Positions 30,928 through 41,161 of a stretch of DNA of 64,000 nt are shown one piece after another (positions within the stretch are counted from its first letter, which is position 1; each line of letters starts with the position of its first letter). The stretch is from Saprospiraceae bacterium. GTDB lineage: Bacteria > Bacteroidota > Bacteroidia > Chitinophagales > Saprospiraceae. The position numbers and the translations under genes are program-made. The stretch covers positions 32,038 through 96,037 of the forward strand of contig JADKDE010000001.1 in NCBI GenBank assembly GCA_016718505.1, in the 5' to 3' direction. Below the pieces are notes generated by a model, which saw only the letters and a program-made list of their open reading frames with translations, made no database searches and was not told where the DNA came from.

Positions 30928-31881
30928 ATGTTTAGATTTTTGATAAAATATAAATCAGTCCAGTATGCCATCATTCTAGGGATGCTTCTAGTGACAGCTA
31001 TTACCATTTTTCCTCCGGACATTTATTTTATAAAGCAAACTGCAACCCATGCTGTTCCTTTGATGCTTACTTTTTTATTCATGGGTCTTTTTTTGCTAAC
31101 TTTCAAGCTCAAAAAGCTCTTTTTTACAAGCTTTGCCTGCTGTGCTTCATTATGCTTTTTTCTGAAATCCGCTTCCAATGGTTCGTTAAGATTCAATGAT
31201 ATTAAAAACCAAAATGTCTTGAACGTTGGCCACGTGAATTTAGCCTCGCTAGAAAATGATTTTCAGGAAGTACTTGATAGCCTCATCCAAATGCCCATAG
31301 ATGTATGGTGTTTTCAAGAATATACTCCTGATTTCGCGCCAATCCTAAGTTCATACAAAAAGATATTTCCTTATAAGGCCGAAATGTTGCGAATAGACCC
31401 ATTTGGAGTGGTTTTTTTATCAAAAATTCCAATTCTCTCATCAGATACGATTTTAATCGAAAATATACCTTCTTTGAATATAAATGTAAGATATGAGAAT
31501 TCAGCTGTTCGTATTTACTCGGTATATTCCATGCCTCCTACCAATGAAGAGTCTTACAGCACTACCGATGCCTGCCTGCAACAAATGGCGAAAGTGATGG
31601 TAGAAAATGGAAATTCAAACATAGTACTTGGAGATTTTAATTTAGTTTCATGGTCAAAAGAAATTAAAAACTTTAGATCATCGGCCAAGCTTTTCAACAG
31701 TCGAAGGGACATTCTTCCGATCTTCCACAAGGGGAGCCTTACCAATATCAATGGCGCGATTGATCACATTTTTTTTGGTGAAAACTTCAATTGTGTAGGA
31801 TTTAACGAACTTAGATTTGGGAAAAACAATAGTCATATAGGAATAACTGGACGGTACCAAATGTCCGCGAATCACAATTAG
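30928..31881 (+). CDS. Endonuclease/exonuclease/phosphatase (EEP) family membrane protein
   Basis: It has N-terminal TM helices. The catalytic-domain motifs are WCFQEY, GDFNLVSWS and IDHIF. Confidence 0.7.
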   Translation: MFRFLIKYKSVQYAIILGMLLVTAITIFPPDIYFIKQTATHAVPLMLTFLFMGLFLLTFKLKKLFFTSFACCASLCFFLKSASNGSLRFNDIKNQNVLNVGHVNLASLENDFQEVLDSLIQMPIDVWCFQEYTPDFAPILSSYKKIFPYKAEMLRIDPFGVVFLSKIPILSSDTILIENIPSLNINVRYENSAVRIYSVYSMPPTNEESYSTTDACLQQMAKVMVENGNSNIVLGDFNLVSWSKEIKNFRSSAKLFNSRRDILPIFHKGSLTNINGAIDHIFFGENFNCVGFNELRFGKNNSHIGITGRYQMSANHN

Positions 31882-31988
31882 TTTTTTTCCTAAAATATCA
31901 CCCAATCTTGGCCAAAATATTTCATTTTTATCTATTACCTTTGTCATTCTAAACATTTTATTTAATATTATCCAATTATTTTATTGAT

Positions 31989-33104
31989 ATGATCTTAGGC
32001 GTACCCAAAGAAATAAAAACAAATGAAAATCGCGTGGCATTAACTCCTGGCGGTGCTCTTGAATTGACAAGAAGAGGCCATCAAGTTTATGTGCAAGACC
32101 AAGCAGGGGTCGGTAGTGGTTTTTCTAATGAAGAATATATCTCTGCAGGAGCTCAAATCCTCGACACCATAGAGGAGGTGTACAAGAAGGGTCAAATGAT
32201 AATGAAGGTTAAAGAACCCATAGAATCAGAATATCCTTTGATACGACCTGATCATTTGCTTTTTACATATTTCCATTTTGCTTCATATGAGCCGCTGACC
32301 AAAGCCATGATACAAAACAAACCAGTTTGTTTGGCATATGAGACTGTTGAAAGCTCTGACAAAAGCTTACCTCTTTTGATCCCAATGTCGGAAGTAGCTG
32401 GACGTATGGCGATCCAAGAAGGAGCTAAATATTTGGAAAAACCGATTAAGGGTAGAGGCGTTCTATTGGGTGGTGTACCTGGCGTTACTCCTGGTAAAGT
32501 GATGATCCTTGGAGGAGGAGTTGTAGGGACGCAAGCGGCGAAAATGGCTGCTGGTCTGGGTGCCTTGGTTACCATTCTGGATATAAGTTTGCCTAGATTG
32601 AGGTATTTGTCCGATATTATGCCTGCGAATGTCACAACGATGTATTCAAGCGAATACAATATTCGAAAATTAATACAAGACCATGATTTGATCGTGGGAG
32701 CAGTGCTTATCCCAGGTACCAAAGCCCCGAATCTTATCACTAGAGATATGCTAAAGCAGATGAGACCCGGCACCGTGTTGGTCGATGTGGCGGTGGATCA
32801 AGGAGGATGCATCGAGACGTGCAAACCCACTACACACGAAAACCCAACCTTTATCATAGATGATGTCGTTCACTACTGTGTAGCCAATATGCCTGGAGCA
32901 GTGCCATATACTTCTACGATAGCCCTTACAAATGCTACGCTTCCATATGCCATCCAATTGGCCAACAAAAACTGGAAGCAAGCTTGTACTGACTCTCTAG
33001 AGCTACGAAAAGGATTAAATATCATCAATGGACACGTAGTCTATAAAGGCGTTGCTGATGCCTTTAATTTGCCTTATGTCGATGTAGATACTTTTTTAAA
33101 ATAA
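31989..33104 (+). CDS. ald: Alanine dehydrogenase
   Basis: The protein is 371 aa. Motifs are MILGVPKEIKTNENRVALTP, the NAD fold VMILGGGVVGTQAAKMAAGLGA, and VDVAVDQGGC. Confidence 0.9.
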   Translation: MILGVPKEIKTNENRVALTPGGALELTRRGHQVYVQDQAGVGSGFSNEEYISAGAQILDTIEEVYKKGQMIMKVKEPIESEYPLIRPDHLLFTYFHFASYEPLTKAMIQNKPVCLAYETVESSDKSLPLLIPMSEVAGRMAIQEGAKYLEKPIKGRGVLLGGVPGVTPGKVMILGGGVVGTQAAKMAAGLGALVTILDISLPRLRYLSDIMPANVTTMYSSEYNIRKLIQDHDLIVGAVLIPGTKAPNLITRDMLKQMRPGTVLVDVAVDQGGCIETCKPTTHENPTFIIDDVVHYCVANMPGAVPYTSTIALTNATLPYAIQLANKNWKQACTDSLELRKGLNIINGHVVYKGVADAFNLPYVDVDTFLK

Positions 33105-33124
33105 AATACAATCAGACACAATAC

Positions 33125-33159
33125 AAAAAGGCTCTCATCGAAAGATAAGAGCCTTTTTT
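33125..33159. terminator. Bidirectional rho-independent terminator between convergent genes
   Basis: The sequence is A5-aggctct-catcgaaagata-agagcct-T6. Confidence 0.75.
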
Positions 33160-33179
33160 ATTTATTTTAAGCTGTAAAT

Positions 33180-33662
33180 CTAATTCTTTACTGCCTTACC
33201 AAAGCTATCGACTATGGTTTTAAGCGCAATAAACATGGGTTCTCGCCCCACTGGAGTCACATAATTATCTCCTTCATCTGGAGTGCAAGAATCCTCTATA
33301 AAAGCCAACAAATCTTCTTGACTATACCCTTGGAAAAATACATCCAACCTCTCTCTAAAATTTCCTACAGAGCCTTCTTTGAGCATAAACCAATTAACCT
33401 CTTCCATCTCTGATATCAACTCTCCATCAATGAGCGGAACATCCTCATGATTTTTTTCAACGCATCGCCATATGACTAAAGTTACAAACAACATAAAGTC
33501 TTGCTCCATATCTGTCAAAACTTCGAAAGGCTCCGATACTAAATAGCTGAGTATGTGAGGTTGCTCTTGGGCAAATTTCTGCACCGTCGGCTCTAAGTTT
33601 TTGGTTTGGCCTGCCATATACTCATAGCAAGATTCGATCGTATCCTCCGTGATAAATTTCAT
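33180..33662 (-). CDS. Hypothetical acidic protein
   Basis: This is a 160-aa ORF sitting 12 bp upstream of the DUF4197-like gene on the same strand. I recognise no motif. Confidence 0.5.
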   Translation of the reverse strand: MKFITEDTIESCYEYMAGQTKNLEPTVQKFAQEQPHILSYLVSEPFEVLTDMEQDFMLFVTLVIWRCVEKNHEDVPLIDGELISEMEEVNWFMLKEGSVGNFRERLDVFFQGYSQEDLLAFIEDSCTPDEGDNYVTPVGREPMFIALKTIVDSFGKAVKN

Positions 33663-33674
33663 GGTTAAGTGGCT

Positions 33675-34394
33675 TTAGTTTCTGTTAGAATCTTGTTTAG
33701 CAAATACCTTTTGCAAAAGTTCAGTAGGCCTTTTAAGCTTATTCAACCTGATGTCAGATTCTTCTTTTTCTACCATAGAAAACAAACCCTTTAAAGCCTC
33801 TTGAGTGATATAGTCATCCAGTGAAGGATTTACTTTAGTAATAAAAGGGATTTTATTGTATGCAGTTACAGCATCTTTCCAATACCCTAGCGCATTAAAT
33901 TTGTCCAAAGACGTTTTTATTACTGGATTAAATTCAGAATATAGCTGTGTTCTGGTAGTGCGATCAAGATACTGAGTTGCAGCATTGTTTGAACCCATCA
34001 AAATCCCCAAAGCATCTTCAAAAGTCATTTGTTTGATGGCATTGACAAAAATCGGCTTAGCTTTCATAGCTGCATCTTCAGCTCCTCTGTTTATTTTTTC
34101 AAGTAGAATTTCCTCAACATTACTAAAGCCTGGGATGACCTGTAGTTTTTCGGTTACCTTCCTAGCTTCTGCGGGTAGTAATATCTTGTAAGCTGATTTA
34201 AAATATCCATCTTTAGCGGAGAGCCTGTCTGCTCCAACACTAATTCCAAGATTCAAAGCTTCTTTAAGTCCATTTCCTATTTGGGAGGATGTCAATTCCT
34301 GACTTTGAACAGTATTCAGTGCTTCTTGCAATTGAGCTGGTGAACAACCCGATAAAAACACAAATACACCAAAAATAATTCCAAATTTTTTCAT
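33675..34394 (-). CDS. DUF4197-like lipoprotein
   Basis: The ATG at 34394 gives a lipoprotein signal (MKKFGIIFGVFVFLSGC). The layout LKEALNLG...YKILLP...INRGAEDAA...FEDALGILMGSNNAATQYL matches my recollection of DUF4197. Confidence 0.6.
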   Translation of the reverse strand: MKKFGIIFGVFVFLSGCSPAQLQEALNTVQSQELTSSQIGNGLKEALNLGISVGADRLSAKDGYFKSAYKILLPAEARKVTEKLQVIPGFSNVEEILLEKINRGAEDAAMKAKPIFVNAIKQMTFEDALGILMGSNNAATQYLDRTTRTQLYSEFNPVIKTSLDKFNALGYWKDAVTAYNKIPFITKVNPSLDDYITQEALKGLFSMVEKEESDIRLNKLKRPTELLQKVFAKQDSNRN

Positions 34395-34674
34395 ATTTAA
34401 TTTAATTTTATTCGACAAAGGTATTTTATTTTATGGGTATCCTTGTTAAAATCTAGTTTAAAAATTGATAATACTTTCTTAAATATTCGAATATCAGGAT
34501 GAATCTAAAGTTTTGCATATCTCCAAAAAGGAATTTTCACAGAATATAAATAACTTCCAATTTACTATCCAAGCTTTATACTAACCAAAGAATCCAAATA
34601 TCGTAGAAATAAAAATGGTTACGATTTTGATTGTTCAAAACCAAATATTGTTCTATAAAATTCAGCTATATGTC

Positions 34675-34881
34675 TTACTCTTCTCTCCATATTCTTATCA
34701 GCCTGAACAGCCTCAAAATTCCTAATACAATACAGGCTACCCCAAATGTCTTTCTAAGCCAGTCAGGTTGAAATACATCGAACCTATCTGAGGTCAATAT
34801 CCAAAATCCCATCAATGGGTAAAGAACGACAAAGAACAGTCCTAAAACAATCTGAAAATTTTTATTGTACAGCCAAGACAT
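34675..34881 (-). CDS. Small hypothetical membrane protein (68 aa, two predicted TM helices)
   Basis: This is an ORF only. The hydrophobic segments are IVLGLFFVVLYPLMGFWIL and FGVACIVLGILRLF. Confidence 0.35.
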   Translation of the reverse strand: MSWLYNKNFQIVLGLFFVVLYPLMGFWILTSDRFDVFQPDWLRKTFGVACIVLGILRLFRLIRIWREE

Positions 34882-34903
34882 ATTAAGTTATTTATTTAAA
34901 AAT

Positions 34904-34934
34904 AAAAAAGGGCAAGAATAGTTAATCCTTGCCC
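34904..34934 (-). terminator. Rho-independent terminator after tonB
   Basis: The minus strand reads gggcaag-gattaactatt-cttgccc followed by T6. It lies about 25 nt after the stop at 34959. Confidence 0.75.
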
Positions 34935-34958
34935 ATATTCTACTTTGCAAATATACTA

Positions 34959-35801
34959 CTATTGTGCCAATTTAAAGACTACTGGTACGGTAAACCATAC
35001 ACGTACTTCTTTACCTTGCTGCTTTCCAGGCTTCCATCTTGGCATTTTCTTAATTACTCGAACTGCCTCATCGGCTAGCCCTCCTCCTGGATCTTTCAAT
35101 ACGATCACTTCTCCGACTCGTCCATCACGCTCGATTACGAACTTCAATGGAACTGTTCCTTGGATATTATTTTCTCTGGCAATGCTCGGATATTCAACAT
35201 TTTTTTGAATAAACTTCATCACGTTTTGTGCTGTTGCTCCTCCTTCACCAAATTCTGGCATTTGCTCAACCCTCAAGAAAACTTTGTTTTCATCTTCCTT
35301 CGGTTTATCATCCTCCTTTGGTCTATCATCAGGTGGAGGCGTATCCTTGACTTGTTCTTTGGCATTTTTGTCGCCTTCAATGTCCGTCGTTCCAATCTTT
35401 TTGTCCTTCATGTCGTCTTGACTAGGTGGCGGTGTTTCTTCCTTTACATCCTCATCCTTTTTGATCTCAGGTGGGGTATATTTAACCACTGGCTTAGTTG
35501 GCGGTGGTGGCTCCACTGGTGGTGGTGGCGGCGGCGGCGGCGGCTCGTTGGGATCTATTGAAGGTGGCGCTTCCAAATTGACCTCCACATTCGTATCTAT
35601 CATTTTCGTGATGGCATCATCAATCATGCTTTTGACGAAAGGGATGGCCACGATCAACAAAAACAATAAGATACCTGCAAGCAATGCATTACGCATATGC
35701 TTGTCATATAGCCGACGCAAAAGATAGGCACCATACGATTTGTTCCGATTTTCGAAGACCAAATCATCTATATGCGCATTTTTTATATTATTAACGTCCA
35801 T
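34959..35801 (-). CDS. tonB: Energy transducer TonB
   Basis: It has an N-terminal anchor and a proline-rich spacer (PPPPPPPPVEPPPPTKP). The C-terminal TonB_C-like domain reads EYPSIARENNIQGTVPLKFVIERDGRVGEV. Confidence 0.85.
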   Translation of the reverse strand: MDVNNIKNAHIDDLVFENRNKSYGAYLLRRLYDKHMRNALLAGILLFLLIVAIPFVKSMIDDAITKMIDTNVEVNLEAPPSIDPNEPPPPPPPPPVEPPPPTKPVVKYTPPEIKKDEDVKEETPPPSQDDMKDKKIGTTDIEGDKNAKEQVKDTPPPDDRPKEDDKPKEDENKVFLRVEQMPEFGEGGATAQNVMKFIQKNVEYPSIARENNIQGTVPLKFVIERDGRVGEVIVLKDPGGGLADEAVRVIKKMPRWKPGKQQGKEVRVWFTVPVVFKLAQ

Positions 35802-35835
35802 ATTATTATTTATATTAATGGATAATTCAATTTAT

Positions 35836-36372
35836 TTACTTCTTTACAATGATTCCATTGATAATCAAAGAATCATTTTTACTATAATCTGCGATTGCGA
35901 ATCGCGTCACTCCGTTAATCTTCATTTCATCGACCAAATCAACCATACTTTTAAACAAGGATTGATTTTGTGCCTTTAGGACGACAACGAGCGAGTCTTT
36001 ATGTCCATATTGTGCAGCTACAGCCTTTTGCCTATCGATGATTGATTTTCTTATATTGGATGATGGAGGAAAATCTACGCTATCCACCATGGGTGATTCC
36101 ACCCCAATATAGTAGTATAATTTGTTGTTTTTTCCTACGATATAAGTCAATGCTCTAGATTCTTTGATGACTGATTTTTCTTCCTCAGTCTTAGCCTTTG
36201 CTGGCATGTTCATCTCCATCGCATGTGGCTTATTAATAGTAGTGGCCAACATGAAGAAAGTAATCAATAAGAATCCTAAATCAACCATTGGAGTCATATC
36301 TACTCTCGTGGATCTTTTAACAACCCTTTTTCCGCCTTTGCCGCCTTTATCGGCTACTTGAATATCTGCCAT
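35836..36372 (-). CDS. exbD: Biopolymer transporter ExbD
   Basis: The MTPMVDLGFLLITFFM anchor motif is present. The gene lies in the exbB-exbD-exbD-tonB order. Confidence 0.8.
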   Translation of the reverse strand: MADIQVADKGGKGGKRVVKRSTRVDMTPMVDLGFLLITFFMLATTINKPHAMEMNMPAKAKTEEEKSVIKESRALTYIVGKNNKLYYYIGVESPMVDSVDFPPSSNIRKSIIDRQKAVAAQYGHKDSLVVVLKAQNQSLFKSMVDLVDEMKINGVTRFAIADYSKNDSLIINGIIVKK

Positions 36373-36384
36373 ATTGGGTATTTT

Positions 36385-37038
36385 TTAAGGTTGAAAATTC
36401 TTTAATGTGGTAATCAAATTGAATTTATAGATTTCTCGATCGATAAAAGATTTCACGATGGCGTCATAATTCTGATATTCCATATTGCCATCACCTTTAA
36501 TCCCGATGATCAAGCCATCGCTGGTAATCAAACCAGCATTAGCCAATTGCTGATCAGCTATACGTGCTTGATGTACCCAGTCCGCCAATTCATTATGGGC
36601 ACTGCCATTTGTGGTATCGACAGGGACTCCCAATGCCACTTCTTTATCATATTTATTTCTAGCATCCGAATCCATATTGAGATATTTAGGCAATTCTTTA
36701 ATCGAGGTGCCAAAATTTTCTAATAGTTTGAATTGCTGTTTTTGCTCTGGTGTCATTCCAACTTGATATTTAGCGAGCATAATTTCCAATAGTCGCTCCC
36801 TTGTCTGTTGATTATCAACTCCGAAAAAAGCCCTTCCTTTTCTATCAACATGTACAAGTGCGATATTACTTTCTGGTACTTTGATTTTAGATATAGAGGC
36901 TGGTATATCTACCATTACAGCTTCTTGCGGTCGAAACTTTGCCGTCAACATGAAGAATGTCAACAGGAGAAAAGCGACATCACACATAGCCGTCATATCT
37001 ACGAAAGTACTTTTACGAGGTACTTTTATTTTTGGCAT
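36385..37038 (-). CDS. exbD: Biopolymer transporter ExbD (second, longer paralogue)
   Basis: The ATG at 37038 gives MPKIKVPRKSTFVDMTAMCDVAFLLLTFFM, a typical ExbD N-terminus. Confidence 0.8.
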   Translation of the reverse strand: MPKIKVPRKSTFVDMTAMCDVAFLLLTFFMLTAKFRPQEAVMVDIPASISKIKVPESNIALVHVDRKGRAFFGVDNQQTRERLLEIMLAKYQVGMTPEQKQQFKLLENFGTSIKELPKYLNMDSDARNKYDKEVALGVPVDTTNGSAHNELADWVHQARIADQQLANAGLITSDGLIIGIKGDGNMEYQNYDAIVKSFIDREIYKFNLITTLKNFQP

Positions 37039-37127
37039 AATAAATAAATTTAATAATGTTCTTTTATATAAATAACTTGATGCCATCCTTTTAAAAAAAG
37101 GATGTAAGAAAACTAAAAAATAATAAT

Positions 37128-37934
37128 TTATTTATGCTTTTCTGCAAATGTAGATGCGATAGAGAATCCAGCTTCATCTACTGCATAAGTCATTTTGTCA
37201 ATTTTTGTAGTAAATACATTGTACATAACGATCGCAATAGCTGCTGTACCGATTCCCAAAGCCGTGTTGATTAGGGCTTCAGAGATACCATTCGCCAATT
37301 TTACAGGGTCAGGTGAGCCTGCTGTAGCCAAAGCCGCGAACGCCTTGATCATACCGATAACCGTACCCAAAAGTGCAATCAAAGTCGCAACAGACCCCAT
37401 CGTTGCCAAAATAACAAGGTTTTTCTCTAGCATCGGCAATTCGAGTGCTGTAGCCTCTTCTGTTGAAGCTCTGATGGCAGCCAATTTTTGATCTTTATCC
37501 ATGTGTGTATCGTGTTCAACTGCGGAATATTTTTCTACCGTACTGCGGATGATATTCGATACAGAACTTTTGTGTTTGTCACATTCTGCGATAGCTGCAG
37601 CATTATTACCACCAGCTAAACTTGCTTTCACTTTACGGATTAATTCCGTCACGTTACCAGCCCCTGCTGCTTTTCCTAGGGTAAGAAATCTCTCAATTGA
37701 AACCACAACAGTCAATAAAAATAATCCCATCAAAAGAGGTACAATAAATCCTCCCATATAGATTATACCTAAGAAATTACCTGGCTTTGGATGACCTTCT
37801 GCATCAAGACCCACTTTTCCAAAAATAATGTAAACAATAAGGCCTACAATCATACATACGATGATCGCAATGGAAGCAAAAGTATCATTCTGCTTTGCTT
37901 GAACAGTTGATTTAGCTGCTGGAGAAGTACTCAT
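37128..37934 (-). CDS. exbB: MotA/TolQ/ExbB proton-channel protein
   Basis: It has three TM segments. The conserved C-terminal part reads LGTVIGMIKAF...ISEALINTALG. Confidence 0.85.
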   Translation of the reverse strand: MSTSPAAKSTVQAKQNDTFASIAIIVCMIVGLIVYIIFGKVGLDAEGHPKPGNFLGIIYMGGFIVPLLMGLFLLTVVVSIERFLTLGKAAGAGNVTELIRKVKASLAGGNNAAAIAECDKHKSSVSNIIRSTVEKYSAVEHDTHMDKDQKLAAIRASTEEATALELPMLEKNLVILATMGSVATLIALLGTVIGMIKAFAALATAGSPDPVKLANGISEALINTALGIGTAAIAIVMYNVFTTKIDKMTYAVDEAGFSIASTFAEKHK

Positions 37935-38259
37935 AAATTTAAATTTTTAAAGAATTATTAATGATTAGACAATATAAGAAATTACCTAAAAAAGTCTTTT
38001 AGGTACAATTCAACCGCTATTGTATGACTTTTTTTTAATTTAAACCATCAATTTCAAAAATTTTTACTAGGATAATTTTTTAAAAAAATAAATACTATTA
38101 TTTATGGCAATTTAAAAAATTATATTTTGCATACATATTAATGAAACCTTTAATATTTATACAAATTTGGGGACTTTTTATATTAAAATTGTACGATAAA
38201 CTTAGCTTATTTCAATAATATTATTCACTTTTGCGGTTTATTACATTTTTTTAAGCTAA

Positions 38260-40242
38260 ATGGATTCTCATAAACATTCGCATAAGACATCAATAGCAGG
38301 ACTCTTAGTGGCTCTTGGGATCATCTATGGTGATATTGGTACTTCGCCGTTATACGTAATGAAAGCAATTGGAGGTGAAAGAGCCATCACGCCTGAATTG
38401 ATTTTAGGCGGTTTATCCTGTATTATATGGACGCTTATCCTACAAACTACCATTAAGTATGTTCTTATCACACTTCGAGCTGATAACAATGGTGAGGGTG
38501 GAATTTTTTCTCTTTATACTTTGGTTAGAAGGCGAAGACCTTATTTGATTTTTCCAGCCATCATAGGCGGTGGAGCGCTTTTGGCAGAAGCTATTTTAAC
38601 GCCTCCTATTACCGTTGCATCAGCTATAGAGGGGTTGGAAAAGTTAAGTCCGAACATACCAACTATCCCCATCGTGATAGTCATCATTAGTATTCTATTT
38701 TTTATCCAACGAGTTGGAACATCTGTGGTAGGCAAGGCATTTAAATTCATCATGTTTATTTGGTTCATTATGCTTGGGGTACTTGGTGCTTCTAGTATTT
38801 CTTTGAATCCATCTGTTTTATTGGCATTCAATCCTTACTATGGTATAAAATTATTGGTACTTTATCCAAATGGTTTTTGGCTATTAGGAGCCGTGTTTTT
38901 ATGTACTACGGGGGCTGAAGCACTTTATTCTGACTTAGGACATTGTGGGCGTCAAAACATTCAAATCGGTTGGTTTTTTGTATTGATCATGTTGTTTTTG
39001 AATTATTTAGGCCAATCCGCTTGGCTATTGAACCAAACTAGTTTGGTCGTCGGAGTGGACAATCTTGGCGAAGCGGCACTTTCAAATCCATTTTATGAAA
39101 TAATGCCAAAATGGTTTATACTACCCGGCGTAATTATATCGACATTGGCCTCCGTCATAGCCAGTCAGGCGGTTATTTCTGGCTCCTTTACTTTGATAGC
39201 TGAAGCTGTAAAACTGAATGTTTGGCCGAAGGTTAAGATCAAATATCCTACCGAGATGAAGGGTCAATTGTATGTACCAAGTGCTAACCTATTGCTATGG
39301 ATTGGTTGCCTCGTGGTGGTTTGGTATTTTCAGAAGTCCATCCGAATGGAAGCTGCCTATGGATTGACCATTATAGTTTCTATGATGATGACGACAACCT
39401 TGCTTACCTTTTATTTGATAAACAACAAAGTATCAGTAGCTTATATTGCCTTATTTTTGGTGGTTTATTCGTGTATTGAAACAGCATTTTTTATCGCCAA
39501 CATGGAAAAATTTGTACATGGAGGTTGGGTATCTTTGACCATAGCACTGTCATTAATCACAGTAATGTGGGTTTGGTTCCGAGCTAAATTGATAAAAACA
39601 AAGCATATCCTTTATGATGATTTGAAAGATTTTTTACCCGCTTTGAAAGAATTGAGTCACGATCACTCTATTCCAAAATTTGCTACACATTTGGTTTATT
39701 TGACAGGAGCTAATAGACCCAATAAGATAGAGCAAAAGATCATATATTCCATCATGGAAAGACAACCAAAACGAGCTGAGATATATTGGTTCGTTCACGT
39801 AGATGTCGTCGATGATCCCTACAAAATGGAATACAAGGTGGAGATTATCGCTCCAAATGACGTAATCAGGGTGGACTTTAAATTAGGTTTTAGGGTACCT
39901 CAAAAAATTAGTTATTATTTCAAAAAAATATTGGAAGAACTGATTCGGAATGAAGAAATAGACATTCATGGGAGATATTTCAACGTGAGAGATTCTAAAA
40001 AAGTAGGCATAGGGGATTATACCTACGTGCTATTAAAAAGGCATCTTTCTTACGATAATACGCTATCAATTTACGAAAAATCCATCATGGATGGGTACAA
40101 TATATTGAATTCTTGGGCTTTAACTGCCGACAAAGCCTATGGATTGGATTCTAGCAATGTATATATCGAGCAAGTGCCATTGGTCATACACCCAGCGAAG
40201 CACATCATCAATTTAAAAAGGGTTTATGACAAAGAAACCTAG
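38260..40242 (+). CDS. kup: KUP/HAK/KT family potassium transporter
   Basis: The protein is 660 aa. Motifs GIIYGDIGTSPLYV, NNGEGGIFSLY and GAEALYSDLGHCG are present. Confidence 0.9.
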   Translation: MDSHKHSHKTSIAGLLVALGIIYGDIGTSPLYVMKAIGGERAITPELILGGLSCIIWTLILQTTIKYVLITLRADNNGEGGIFSLYTLVRRRRPYLIFPAIIGGGALLAEAILTPPITVASAIEGLEKLSPNIPTIPIVIVIISILFFIQRVGTSVVGKAFKFIMFIWFIMLGVLGASSISLNPSVLLAFNPYYGIKLLVLYPNGFWLLGAVFLCTTGAEALYSDLGHCGRQNIQIGWFFVLIMLFLNYLGQSAWLLNQTSLVVGVDNLGEAALSNPFYEIMPKWFILPGVIISTLASVIASQAVISGSFTLIAEAVKLNVWPKVKIKYPTEMKGQLYVPSANLLLWIGCLVVVWYFQKSIRMEAAYGLTIIVSMMMTTTLLTFYLINNKVSVAYIALFLVVYSCIETAFFIANMEKFVHGGWVSLTIALSLITVMWVWFRAKLIKTKHILYDDLKDFLPALKELSHDHSIPKFATHLVYLTGANRPNKIEQKIIYSIMERQPKRAEIYWFVHVDVVDDPYKMEYKVEIIAPNDVIRVDFKLGFRVPQKISYYFKKILEELIRNEEIDIHGRYFNVRDSKKVGIGDYTYVLLKRHLSYDNTLSIYEKSIMDGYNILNSWALTADKAYGLDSSNVYIEQVPLVIHPAKHIINLKRVYDKET

Positions 40243-40814
40243 GGTTTAGGTTCTGATTTATTGTAGGTGCTCATGGTATTAGCTAACCCAGCGAAGCAAA
40301 AAGATTGAATACAGGCTACTGCCTTGGGCATTTGTTCTTCGACTGTTTTCAGCTCTTCATTAGACCATTTACCCAATACGAAATCAGATTGGCGACCTTT
40401 CGCGAATTGATTGCCTATACCAAATTTTAGCCTTGGATAATTATTGCCTGCTAACATCTGGTCTATGTGTTTCAGTCCATTATGACCTGCATCTGAGCCA
40501 TTTGGGCGGATTCTTAACTGTCCCAAACCAAGATGAAGATCATCCAAAACAACTAAGATTTGTTCTCTGGGAATACTCTGGCGATCCATCCAAAACTTAA
40601 CAGCTTTTCCGCTAAGATTCATATATGTAGTTGGTTTTACAAGCGTTAGACTTTTTCCTTTATATTTGGCTGTTGCCACCCAAGCATGATTTTCCAATTT
40701 GAATGAAGCATTTAATTCTTCTGCTAATCGATCTAAGATGTCAAAACCAATATTATGTCTCGTTCCTGCATATTCTGCACCGACATTGCCCAATCCAACT
40801 ATAAGGTATTTCAT
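40239..40814 (-). CDS. pth: Peptidyl-tRNA hydrolase
   Basis: The ATG at 40814 gives MKYLIVGLGNVGAEYAGTRHNIGF, followed by SDAGHNGLK. The longer ORF extension is unlikely to be translated. Confidence 0.9.
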   Translation of the reverse strand: MKYLIVGLGNVGAEYAGTRHNIGFDILDRLAEELNASFKLENHAWVATAKYKGKSLTLVKPTTYMNLSGKAVKFWMDRQSIPREQILVVLDDLHLGLGQLRIRPNGSDAGHNGLKHIDQMLAGNNYPRLKFGIGNQFAKGRQSDFVLGKWSNEELKTVEEQMPKAVACIQSFCFAGLANTMSTYNKSEPKP

Positions 40815-41161
40815 ATCTGGAGAAATTATTTCGCTTTGTTCCGCTGATTTTTTAGGATTAAAAATATTTAAAATAAATTTTAACATGGCAAACTTCGTAC
40901 TATTTTTTGGTAATAAAAAAGGAGCAATTCCGCTGAATCGCTCCTCAATGTAATAGTAAGTAAATTTTGGTAAGAATAAACCTTAATGAAAAAGTAAATC
41001 AACAATGACCTTACACAGAGTCATATTGATGCACAAATATATTATAAAAAAATATAAATCAATAAAAAATGTAATATATTTTTTTGAATTTTTTAAAATA
41101 CTATGAAAATGTTTGGTACGTAGCTCTTTGGGGCATTATCAACCCAAAAATTTATTAGAAA

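Noticed and set aside
35160-35979. Plus-strand ORFs overlap tonB (35160..35561, 35461..35727) and the tonB-exbD junction (35740..35979).
   Set aside because: The first two are antisense readings of the proline-rich (CCN)n spacer of TonB, and the third spans the tonB 5' end, the short AT-rich spacer and the exbD 3' end. They have no independent start context or motifs.
34959-37934. The exbB-exbD-exbD-tonB cluster, considered as a possible unusual system.
   Set aside because: This is the standard Bacteroidota Ton energy-transduction operon, with nothing atypical in order or size.
37935-38259. I looked for a riboswitch upstream of kup (c-di-AMP/ydaO type) and upstream of corA (M-box, 29857..30120).
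   Set aside because: Both leaders are AT-rich with no conserved GC-rich helices or signature sequences that I can recognise.
40239-40242. The convergent genes kup and pth overlap by 4 bp through a CTAG palindrome that supplies both stop codons.
   Set aside because: The overlap is real in the sequence, but it is a common compact-genome arrangement. There is no evidence of regulatory meaning.
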